Assembly: GCF_009914755.1 (NCBI RefSeq) | Contig: NC_060936.1 | Length of the DNA: 64,000 bases | Direction: 5' to 3' (one strand) | Source: the human T2T-CHM13v2.0 reference genome, Homo sapiens | Shown: positions 45,521 to 57,559 of the stretch, one piece after another | How the letters are laid out: every line of letters starts with the position of its first letter | Numbering within the stretch: the first letter of the stretch is position 1 | Made by a program: the position numbers and the translations under genes | The notes under the pieces: model-generated | What the model saw: only the letters and a program-made list of their open reading frames with translations | Databases searched by the model: none | What the model was told of the DNA's origin: nothing

Positions 45521-45700
45521 ATATATAGAGATGGGGATCATGACAGGTAGTTCCCAGGCACTTAGAGGAGATCCTAAGGATTTAGGATGATAACAAGAAA
45601 AATAAATATTTTCATTTATAAATCACAGTACATCATAAACTACATAGAAATGAAAAGAAAAATTTAGCAAAAACTGAAGATTTTAAAATAGGTGGGCTAC

Positions 45701-45822
45701 CTTTCTAATTACATCCATTTGTAGTTGTCTTTCTACAATTTCTAGCAGACGGCTCTTGCAGCTAGAATACAGCATCCGCTCTCTTATACTGCATGTGTAT
45801 CCAGGCATTGAATAAATAAAAA
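45701..45822 (-). CDS. TWF1: TWF1 exon 8 (c.761-882)
   Basis: [41 protein letters not shown]; AG/GT boundaries. Confidence 0.96.
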
Positions 45823-46026
45823 CTGTAAGTTCAAATAATAACAAATATAATTAGCATATCAATACATAAACTTCATAAAACTACATATATAAACTTCATA
45901 AAAACAAGTACAGAAACTTCATAAAACTACAGCTAAGCCCTCTGGGCAAGAAATAAGTAAGAATATAGGGCTGATACACCAATAAACAAACTGAAAGTAA
46001 TGTGTTAAAAACAATGTATCATATAC

Positions 46027-46177
46027 CTATGGACTCTAAATAGTCTCCTTCATGGGAATGTTTATACAGAAAGAAATGGTAACGAGCTGAATCCTTGGGA
46101 ATCCTCTTTGGCAAATCTTTCAGTTCTGTATTTGTTGTGTTGGCCAAAATTATAATTTCATTTTTTATATCTATTTC
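46027..46177 (-). CDS. TWF1: TWF1 exon 7 (c.610-760)
   Basis: [50 protein letters not shown]. Confidence 0.96.
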
Positions 46178-46432
46178 CTGCCAATAAGAAACAAAATATG
46201 TTCATTAAAACCAGATATAAGGAAATTAAGTTAAAACATATAATAAAAAGACCAAGAGATAAAGGAGGAACTTAGTTCTGGATGGTTTGACTTTTTCACA
46301 ATGAACATTTACAAAATGAATTTTAGAAATCAGAAAGCTATTTAAAATGTAAAATCCATTAATAATAAACCCTATATGAGTCATAAACTACCAAAAAGAG
46401 CAGCCACTTAATAATCATTATACATCTCTTAC

Positions 46433-46558
46433 CAACTGCACATAGTTGAGCTGTCTATTATTCAATTTTTCCAAAGCCTGAAAGGCTTCTCGAGAAATGG
46501 GAAATGCTACTCCTTGTAGTGTTTGATGCTTAGTGTCCACACCCACGTCAGTCTGTAC
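46433..46558 (-). CDS. TWF1: TWF1 exon 6 (c.484-609)
   Basis: [42 protein letters not shown]. Confidence 0.96.
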
Positions 46559-47289
46559 CTAAGTATGACAGATTTAATTTACAAGTTTAGCAGTTAGCAG
46601 TATCCTATGGCAAACATAAGAAAACCCAACCTCTATAAAATAGTATCATTCAACCCTAGCCCAACCTATAATTAAAATTATTTTTCACATTTGTTTACGG
46701 TCCTGCTAGCATTTTGTCAACATGCAGAGTGCATGACACATCTTTACGACAATGTTGGAAGTGAACATTTGAATGAGTGTACAGTTAGTGGGGTTTGGGT
46801 GGGTTTGTTTTTATGTTTGGTTTGGCACAATTTCTTTAGAGTGTCATCAGATTACACCACTGATTGTAAAATTTTACTTGATAGAATTTATAAACAACAA
46901 TCTACATACAATATGTATAGAACTTTACTTTGTTCTGTTGGACAGAAAATGCAACACAAACATCATGCACTGAATTGAAAGGAGTACAAACAGTGTACAA
47001 AGACAACACAGCTCAACAAGTTATACTACTGCAGAAGTTCCAGACTTAAGAGATTTCTTTACTAAGAACATGGTGTGCATGTACTGGAAGAGGAGAAAGA
47101 TAAGAAAGCATTCAATGCACATGTTTAAGATTTTTATACTTGATAAATGATAGCTAGTAGAGAGTCTCATTCGCAGTGTTGCAACAGAAAGTCCAATAGA
47201 AATTTTACTTTTAAAAAAATGAATGGAGATTCTACAGCATAAATGATATTGGTTAATGAAAACATCATAGAACATATGCGAATGCATAC

Positions 47290-47310
47290 CCCAATATGAT
47301 CCTCTGGGCT
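47290..47310 (-). CDS. TWF1: TWF1 alternative 21-nt microexon (SPEDHIG), giving a 357-aa isoform
   Basis: cttgcaatcag|AGCCCAGAGGATCATATTGGG|gtatgc; phase 0, frame preserving. Confidence 0.85.
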
Positions 47311-48122
47311 CTGATTGCAAGAAATAAAACAAACTATCAAACTCGTAAAAAAAAAAAAAAATCACATAAAAAGCCCTACTCAAATAATATGAATTAAAAT
47401 AATATGATAGATCCTTGCTACCAGTTTAATATTAAATGATATTCAACCATTCTCCAGACTGATTCCTACTGTCTGTGACTCAGGCTAATGAACAGTGGTT
47501 TCAGCTAATGAATAGTGGTTTCAGCCACTTGTTCTTTTCTGTAAAGTCCCAGTAGAAATACAGTAGTTATTCCAGTATGTTAGAATGGCTGTAGAAAACA
47601 CATTAAAAATAATGATAAACTACAAAATAATATGGCTGAAATTTATTGACTCTAATATGCTCAACAGGTACTCAAATAATAATCTTCCATATATATCTCT
47701 ATTCAAGTAGAGTTCATAGAAGTTAATTTGTAGACTCTCTAGAAAGCCAACAAAACAATAATCTGCTTCAGGCAACCTTATTAGATACATTCTTTGCACT
47801 AAATGGGTAACACACACTTTTTCTCTATATAATATTCAAAGTACAAAGTTCACAACAGTTGTACTTCAAAAGGAAGATTTACTATTCTGACATGAAGATT
47901 ATAGGAAAAGCTATTTATAAAATGCATATAAAGTTTAATATTCATTTTAACTTTTTTTTTCTGAAAAGGCATTAAGCACATAGCCTTATCTCTAAACTAA
48001 ACGGAATAAACCTAAGCTACCTAACTTCTTTAATCTCTAGTTATCCTCCCACATCTATTAATTAAAAATACAGTATTTTCAAACACTTAAAATCTTGCAA
48101 AGACTTTGTAGTTGTAACTTAC

Positions 48123-48227
48123 CTCATTGATTTTAATCTGTCGTAGTTCTTCCTCAGCTGCAGTCAGTGGGGCAGGGGAAGATTGTGACAGCAAGTATTT
48201 TTTATATCCATGTAATGATACATCTTC
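48123..48227 (-). CDS. TWF1: TWF1 exon 5 (c.379-483)
   Basis: [35 protein letters not shown]; |gtaagt. Confidence 0.96.
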
Positions 48228-49159
48228 CTGTAAGTACAGAATAGACTATAATCAGTAATTCTCTAGAAGTAAAATGACAGTGAAGTTACTTTAGGAAAAA
48301 CAAAATCATTAACAGAAAAGATTTTAAATGAAAATAAATAGCATTATGAATTTTAATATCTTTTTACTTTTCTTTAATCCTCAATTTTAAGTTTCAAAAC
48401 TTTTTAAGGGGAGTACCCACTGTTCATTTTATATGAAGCTTTATAATTACTAAATATTTTGTATGAGTTTCATACTGGCAAAGTGAAATACTGAACCTGG
48501 TCATCCTGTAAGTCTATAGGACAACTGTAATTAACCTTCTGGAGAAAACTGCCCAATGATTATCCAATAATCAACATATTCAGATTCTGAATACTATGTT
48601 ATAATGCTTAATATAATTTCTTTGTAATTATTCATGGAAAATTATTATAGTTTTCATGTCAAAAGAAAAAAATACTACAAAGAGGTCTACCTATCATCAA
48701 AATTTTGTGGTTTAGAAGACTGAGACTCATGAAATTAAGAAACCAGCCCACTTCACAATTAATGGTGAAGAAGCAATATATTCCCATCTAGTCTTGTGCT
48801 CTATCCACTAGATTATATGACTTTCTGAATCAGAAAAGCTCTAAACAAACAAAAAAGTTCAAAAATATATTTCAGTGTTTCAATTTGTGTATATATGTGT
48901 AAATACATATATTTACCATATACTTTAGAAGAATCAGTATGTTTCAATATCACTTGTCAATGTCAAATAGATACAAATGAATAAACTCAAAGTTACATAT
49001 TCATTACAGCTAACTTTAATATTATATGAAATACAGTATTTCTCTTATTCTCATGTTTTCAGATTATCCATCTGAATTCGTATCAATTACCCATTACCTA
49101 GGAGTTCCTCTTTAATCATTTTAATTGCAACATATAGAATCCACATACAAACATAATAC

Positions 49160-49255
49160 CTTTACTGTTCCAAATACTTCATCTTTAATGTGGCCACCTC
49201 CAAATTCCTTCTTCAGAGTTGCTCTTGTTGCTGCATACAACATTTTTTGACGAAC
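49160..49255 (-). CDS. TWF1: TWF1 exon 4 (c.283-378)
   Basis: [32 protein letters not shown] (ADF-H actin-binding helix). Confidence 0.96.
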
Positions 49256-49412
49256 CTATTCAGTTGTGAAAGTTTACTTAGTTTATAGATGAAAACATAA
49301 CATTACAAAAGCAAGCACATTCTGAATATATTAATATCCTGAATCACATTAAAAACAAAACTGAGCTGAAGTCCACCCACTATAATATGCTAAAATACGT
49401 GTGTACAAATAA

Positions 49413-49776
<364 letters not shown>

Positions 49777-50472
49777 ACATTTTAAAGCTGAAAAAAATAT
49801 AAATTGTTTAAATTCTTCATTTTTCAAACTCATAAGTTCAAGAATAAAAAATTAAAATATGAGGAAAACTGAAATGAAGTAACTTTGATAGTGACATTCT
49901 TCTCAAAGCTGTATCAAAGATTACGAATTAAGTTGTTAAGAATCAAAATTCACGGCTTACCGATGGCACATACCATTCTAGGAGGGACACAAAGATGGAA
50001 AAAAAAATTCAAGAGTCAACTAGTATCTATGGAAAGCTACTAAAGATAACTACCAATTAACAAATAATTTCATAATCCTGCATGGTCAAACCCAGTATTT
50101 CTTTCAGATAGAACATGGGGAATTAAAGAGGAATGGGATGATCTTTTGAGAAAATATCTAGATAACTTTAAAAATAATTATTTTTTAATAAGAAAAATTC
50201 AAATTAATTTTTTAAATATTGGGCCATATTCATATATTAATTCTGTCTATTGTTCTATACAGTCAATCTACTACCAGCTTTCCTAAAATACTTGTTTGTA
50301 TGCAGGCCCATCACTTGAATGGTAGCGATTAATAAATGTATGATAATACTAACAAAATTTAATATTATGTTCAATTAGTTCTCAGATTTATTACAATTAT
50401 TACTCTCAGGGCCAGGCAGTTTCCTTCATTTTTCAGAGGCCCATGGAGTCATTTTAAAATTACCACAAATTA

Positions 50473-50771
50473 GGTTGGACACAGTGGCTCATACCTGTAA
50501 TCCCAGCACTTTGGGAGGCCGAGGTGGGTGGATCACTTAAGGCCACGAGTTTGAGACCAGCCTGGGCAACACAGTGAAACCCCGTCTCTACTAAAAATAT
50601 AAAAATTAGCTGGGCGTGGTGGCACATGCCTGTAATCCCAGCTACTCAAGAGGCTGAGGTGGGAAAATCACTTGAGCCTGGGAGGCAGAGGTTGCAGTGA
50701 GCCGAAACTGCACCACAGCAAGCTGGTCTGGGTGACAGAGTGAGATTCTGCCTTAAAAAAGAAAGAAAAAA
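50473..50771 (+). mobile_element. AluS
   Basis: Alu consensus with A-rich tail. Confidence 0.92.
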
Positions 50772-51010
50772 TTGCCATTGCCACAAATTTTTAAATCTTA
50801 AATCAGTAATAATTATTTTGATTTCAAGGGCAAAACTCCCGAATCTAAGCACATTATTCCTGATTCTCCGTTATCAATCCAAGGATTTTCCTCATGATCA
50901 TTCCCTTCTATGGGAAATAATTATTGTTTTTTAACCTTTATTTGACCTAGAAATTTCAAAAACATTTTTCTAGCATTTAATGTTAAACAAACTATAAAAA
51001 AGTTACTTAC

Positions 51011-51189
51011 ATGAGAATGATCTGGAGACCATGCAATGAATATCCATTCATATCCCTGGGCATTCTGAGAATCTAACCTGAATAATATATAGCATGGTTG
51101 TTTGTCCTCCAACAGGGGTAAAACAAAGGAATCATAATCCTTATCCCAGGAATCTGAAGGCTGACTATATGATCCAATCACAAGTTGCT
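51011..51189 (-). CDS. TWF1: TWF1 exon 3 (c.104-282)
   Basis: [60 protein letters not shown]. Confidence 0.96.
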
Positions 51190-53219
51190 CTATGAAAAAT
51201 TATTTTTAGAAAGATAGGTAAATGGTTTGAGATATCAAGTGGTAGTGTGATGAAGACTAGAAAAATAAATATATAGTCATTTCCCAGTTACTATTATTCA
51301 CATCAAAAAGTTGAAAAGAAAAATGTGGCAACATAGAAAGTAATTATGACATAGAGTATTATAAAAACTGTTAACTTTTTATGAACATGGTTAAAATGTT
51401 TAAAATATACACAGCCTAAGAAAGAAACATATAAAAATGATCATAACAGTTGAACTGAATGGTCAAATAATGTAATGACCTATAACAGTCATTACATTTC
51501 TATTTTCCAAAATGTCTGAGCTTAAGTTATCAACAAAATATATTTAAACTACCATTCAAAAGTATAATTTCTGACATTAACAATGAATTGTACAGTAAGA
51601 AATATTAAATAAAACCATGTTTAACTCCTTTTTATTTGGCCATAATGCTACAGATTTAAACATTTGCCTAGATGTATACACTGGTATAGCCACTTTGAAA
51701 TGGTATTCAGCAGAATCAAGTAAAACTGTTAATCTACTATGCATACAGAATCTCTTATACATAAATACAAAGGTGTTCACTGCAGCACTATACAGTAACA
51801 GTGAAGTTATAGCCTCAATGTTCATCAATAAGACAATGCAAAAATAATGTGTGGCATAGTCATATAACATTCTGCTCAGATTTAAAATGAATTATTGAGC
51901 TATCAAAACTAATTGCAAATGGAACATTTTCAGAAAAAGGAAAGATACAGAGTAAGATGGTATCATGCAGTTTATGTAAACTCAAAGAGCACTATATGCT
52001 ATTTAGGGATACATGTAAAAACAGACTGCACAAGTATCAGAACTCCCAATTGTAGTTGCCCCAGGGTAAGGAGGTCAGAAGCAAAATTGTTTAAAGGGGA
52101 TGCTCTTATACCAGAAAAACACTGAATTTTCTAAAATGCTTGAAGTAAATAAGATAAAATGTTAGCAGTTATTAATAAAGGGGAGATATAGGTATTTATG
52201 ATACAATTTTAGTCTTTGGAATTTTCCTTATTTAAAAATTTTCACAAAACAAAAAAGTAAAACCAGAAAATAATAACTTAGGAAGTAGTGCCATTTTCCT
52301 TCCGTAGAGATGCTAGTTAGATTAACTTTTCCATTTTAGTTCCTTAACTAGTCACTTAGGAAGTGATGGCATTAAAAATTTTAGCTCAGTATTTTTAAAA
52401 TATGCTGTTTTACAATATGCATATATTCCTATTGAATGTTGTATGTAAACAAATGCATATTTTACAAACTATTCTGGTATTTTTTATATAAGCAGAAAAT
52501 AGAAAACAAATTAGATTTACTTCCAGTTTGTGAAAGAACAAGTTACTTTTCCAAAGCAAAATATTTTCAGATATTTAAGAAATTAGGCCACTGGAATATT
52601 TTAATATATTCATTTATGACTGAGTACCTATAACAATAATTGTTCAAATTCAAATCTGCCTGATTTAAAAGATTCTCCCACTCAACCAGATTCCCTGTTT
52701 ACAGAATTATTTTTAAAGAATCAATTTGTAGTTTGTTATATTCTCAGAACTTTCCCAAAACAAGAAAGGGAAATGATCATTTCTGTGGCAAAGGTTGCAA
52801 TCAAATGGAGAAAATGGGAGTTTGATATCCTTTGTTTATATTTAAAAACAAACTTAATTGAATAATTCACAAGTAACTATTTTTTTTTTTTGATAATCAC
52901 CTGTTTAGTGATTTCCATTCCAGAGATGGAAGCACTGACATTAGAAATGGACTGTGGTGCAGAAACTGAGACACAAAAAGTAAAAGAGGAAGAAGTCACA
53001 TCAAAAAACATCTTTCTGTTTCCCTGATAGTCACATAATTCAGAATGAAATTAGGGGCCCATAGGGACCTGCACAAAATATGAGGAATCCAAGTTACCGT
53101 AAGATTTGAACTTGCTTCATATTAATTAATAGTTCAAATCACTGACAACACACAGTAAGTTTAAAAATACAACAGCCACTAATCCAGGAACAGAAAATAT
53201 TTTAAAATATTTAACTAAC

Positions 53220-53297
53220 CATTTTCAATAGATATTTTCAGAAGTCTGTACTTTCCATTTCTGGCTCTGGCAAAGATCTCTTTAACATCTTCACTTG
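53220..53297 (-). CDS. TWF1: TWF1 exon 2 (c.26-103)
   Basis: [26 protein letters not shown]; ccacag| and |gttagt. Confidence 0.96.
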
Positions 53298-54549
53298 CTG
53301 TGGAAAAAGATAAAGAAAGTAAACTTTTTATACTTACATATAAATACTTTCCTATCTATATTGGAAAAGTTAATTAGAATACAAAGAAAAAATCTGGAGC
53401 ATGTAGCATCCTTATTATCAGTATTATAAAACTTTACCGCATAAAATAACGAAGACTGTATACAATTAAGAAATATAAATATTAGCATTTTAAAAGTATG
53501 TTAATAATTCTAATCTGTTTTAGCTACATAATTCTGTGCAGAAATAACACTGGGGTGAATATACTGAAGTTACTCAAACCCAATAATGAGCAAATTACAA
53601 TTTTGAAAAACTTTTCTTGCTCTTTTGAAAAATATTGAAAACCTGCTTTCATTCTCTAATTCAGTTTCAAGCTTATGACAGACACTCCTTCATCAATTCA
53701 CTTTCTGTATTTTCCCGTTAAAAACAACAGTATATATCAAATATCCTAACTTGTTTAAAGAAAAAGACAATAAAATGCATTCAGTCTTAACTCTGGTTAT
53801 ATTTTTCTAACTTGCATTTCTCAAAAGCTAGATTAAACTCATTGAATAAATATGTATTTAATAACTAACCCTTGTGTTCCTATTAAAGCTTCAATTTCGT
53901 TCTAATTTCGTTCCTGTGTTGTCTATTAGCAGCAAGAACCACTATGTAAGTAGGTAGTGCTTGCTATAAGGCTCAAGCATGAGAGTCAATAACTACATAT
54001 TTATATATCGAAATTAATGCGGATAAATAAAACAAAGTTTTCAGATTTGAGACTATTTTGCTTCTGCGTGCGTGCAGGGGGATGTGTGCGGTGGTGTCAA
54101 AAATCTTTACGAATAAAACATACAATTAAGTGTTCATCTGGGAGAAAGACTCGCTATTAACAGTAAGAGCTTGAGTTTACACTAGAACTCGTTAAGTGAT
54201 CGCGAGTAACCCGGGGATATATTATTTGACTCTTGATGAGGTGAGTACCTGCAGGCTGCCCAATTTCAAACCAGGAAATAATGGAGGTCAGATATAACTG
54301 CATATTGAACTGTCTGCACGCATTACATGCAACCATACAGATCAGTTTCCCTTGGGGAGTATCTAGGAAAAAGATCAAAACACACGCTTACACTCGAGAT
54401 TTCTCAGAACATAACTCTCATTTTCCTATTTGGAGAGAAAATGCGGGAGAGTTTTGGGAAGCACCCCTACTGATGTGAGAAAGATTCTGGCATGGTTCTT
54501 TTTGTAATCAAAGTCCTGTAATATTCTCCTTTGGACCATGAAAAAGAAA

Positions 54550-55330
54550 ACTCGCCTGGTTCTCGACAGCGTACTGAAGCCCCAGTCGCCTCCACTGTCC
54601 CAGCTCTTCCCTACGTGACCAAAAGGGGGAAAGTTGGGCGACTGTCGGGGACGGTGGAAGGCACGCCCCCTTCAACCAGGCCGCCTCGAAAGCCAATTTC
54701 CTTCGCTCCCCCGAATTTCGGATCAATCTGCAACGTGACGGCAGCAGGGACCGGGCTGGAGGAGGACGCAGGCCGGCAGCGCCCGGGAAGCAGGAGCGCG
54801 GAGAGGCGCCGAGGCCCGGCTCGCCCCGCGAGACCGACTTCCGGAGCTCCCGGCCCGACTCCAGCCCTGCCGGTCCTGCAGCCCTCCCGGCTCTCCCGGC
54901 TCTCCCGGAAGCCCCTTCCCTGCGAGTCGCGCCGGGCGCTGTTACCTTGGATGCCGGTCTGGTGGGACATGGCGGCGGCCGCTAGCTCCCGGCTCCGGCG
55001 CTGAGTGCAGCCAGCGGCCCCGGCCGGCGGCCCCAGGAAGTGGCTGCTCCTCCGCCGGCCCCGGCGCGTCATCCGCCCGCGACCCGCGGCCGCCCCGCCC
55101 CGTGAGGTTGACTGAGTGCCCGAGCGTCCCCGCCGCCCCGCCGCCCTTCCTGGCCGCCGGGCTGCGGTCCAGCCCCCGGCCTCGCTATCCTAGTTCTCTG
55201 CTTGGGGTCCTGCTTCTGCTCTTGCCGCCGCCTCTCCCGCTTCTTCCGGGGGGGACATGCCGCAGAATCTAGACTGCTCAGTGCTCCGACGTCTGCTCTC
55301 TGACAACCCCGCCGACGCCGCCATTCGCTG
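54550..55330. promoter_or_regulatory. TWF1 CpG-island promoter
   Basis: Very GC- and CpG-rich; GC boxes 55073-55146; ETS-like GGAAGT near 55036 and CGGAAGT near 55355. Confidence 0.9.
54946..54970 (-). CDS. TWF1: TWF1 twinfilin-1 exon 1 coding part (MSHQTGIQ; c.1-25)
   Basis: Kozak GCCGCCGCCATG; donor CAAG|gtaaca; all exons total 1053 nt, i.e. 350 aa. Confidence 0.96.
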
Positions 55331-57388
55331 CCTCAGCAAAGGGGTGCTCAAAAACGGAAGTGATCATTTTACCAAATAGGCATTTTCCAGCTTAAAAAAG
55401 ATGTGCACATTATTTTTCTTGGTTTACTCTTCCTATAATCGATACCGTTTAGTGTAGAAAAGCCTTCTCCTTGCTCCATTGTTTTGAAAGAATTAATATA
55501 GACTGCCTCTCATCAAATTTTTCCACGATTTTAAATTAAGTTAATCTCAGACTGTTAACTTTTCTTTTCAGCTGGACACATTTAGAGACTCAGTGTATCT
55601 TTCTCTTCACTCCGGAAAGAGACAGCCACTAAGAGATTAGCTGATTTGAGTATCCCTCTGTGGTCGATTATACCATTGCAAATCCTGCTCTGCTTTAGGT
55701 TGGCAGTTTATTATTTAATCCAGTAATTATTCAAAATTCACTTGGACAGATTTGTAAGGTAGCAGCAGATATTACTTAAAAATCTTTTCCTTTCCTGCTT
55801 TTACAAACATGTAGTTCCTTCCTGAAAGGTAATGTTAGTTTTGTGGGGGGTTTGGTTTTTTTTTGGTACTGCTTCTCTACTGCTACTAGGTGGGAAGCTA
55901 GTTCTTATTTTTAGGGCCTTGAAGTGACACATACACAAAATTATAATCTGCTAATGAAGAAATAATTTATTCAGGTCAATAATATAAGTGCAAGTTAATC
56001 ACTGTTCCAGTACTATACGATGTATTTTTCATGAGTGATGAACAGGCCTGCAATTGTTTTTCTTTACAAGAATCACAGCAAACAAGGTTATGTTCTATTG
56101 CCTGTTATCTGAGCTCTGTTTTTCAGACATATTCTCATATTCAGGAATAAACTAAATCTGAGTTTTATGACTTGTATGGATTTAAGAAATGTAGGGAGGA
56201 GTTTCATTCTAATCAAATTCTTCCTGACACAATGGTTCACCCTGATTTACCAGTTTTTGACTACATTGCTGAGCAGAGAGAAAATTGCAGAGTTGACTTG
56301 CAGTATTTTGACTGATTCATGTCCTAGTGCTTCGGGGAAATTGCTTAAGGAAGTTGGCGTTGCTCAAAAGTATAGTTGAGCAAAATATAATCCTTCCATA
56401 TTCGTGCTTGGGAAAGGCCACTGTATTCTCAGTCCTGAAGAAGAGGAATGTCTAGTTAGGTTGGGACCACCCTGACAGCCACCAGAAAGTGCTTATTTAC
56501 TGCCAGTACAATAGTTTGACTTAAAAGCTGCAAGCGTCTTGGGTACCTTGCTCTGCTCTAGCCACAAATATTTTCCCACTTTTCTTCATCTATTGTGTCT
56601 CCATTTAGTGAACATTTGCCAGAGCTGTCATGAGAATAATACCTTAGATTTGTATGGTAGTTTACAGTTTACAAATAATATATAATAGACTTATTTTGAG
56701 TACCAACATCCTGTGTGACGAGCTGAAAAAAATAGCAGGTTTTGTTTTTTAACTTTAAGAGGTTTGGAAATTGAACCACAGAGTTGGGAAGTCAGCAGGT
56801 TTCAAGGCTAAGACAAGTGTCTGTAAGAAACAAACCATTTGAAAACAATGTATGCAGATAAGAGGGTTTATTATAAGGATATTGGAGGATCTTATAGATC
56901 TTGACAACTTGGTTGTCACCTCTGCTTTTCTCTTCTTTTTCTCCAAATAAGATCTCTCTGCTTGTGCAGTCAAAATGGCTGAATATGGCTACCCTACACT
57001 TTCCAAATTGACAGGGTTGTAGCTGCATGCAGAGATTACATAGCTCTTCTAAGTCCAAGTTTAAAGTTCCTAAGAGAAAGCACGTGAATGACCCTGCTTG
57101 GCTTGTGTCAAATCATTCTTGGCCAAGGTGGCTGGTTTACCCAATATACACTGCCCATGAGTGAAAGGCAATTATCACAGGAGGGGAGATGGATCTTGGG
57201 TGTGGGAAACAGGTGTAGAATTCCTACTTTTTACAGTTTGGTAGAGGTAATGTTTAGAACCTAAGATGGTGGTCACAAAACACAAATGCTTATGGGGTCA
57301 GTTAAATAACATAAATGAATGAAGCTAATAAATGGAGACTGTGGCAATGAGAGGGAGCACAGGATCCATCTAAAATGAGCTACTACTA

Positions 57389-57559
57389 GGCCAAGTGGGA
57401 TGGCTGACACCTGTAGTCCCAGCTCTCAGGAGGCTGATGTGGGAGGATCACTTGAGTCCAGGAGGTAGAGGCTGCAATGAGCCATGATCACCCCACTACA
57501 CTCCAGCCTGGGCAACAGACCCTGTCTCAAAGGGGAGAAAAAAAAAAAAAAAAAAAAAA
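57389..57559 (+). mobile_element. Alu monomer (FRAM-like)
   Basis: Single arm with A tail; TSD gagctactacta. Confidence 0.8.

Noticed and set aside
56167-56379. 70-aa ATG-initiated ORF upstream of TWF1
   Set aside because: No recognisable homology or exon structure; length expected by chance
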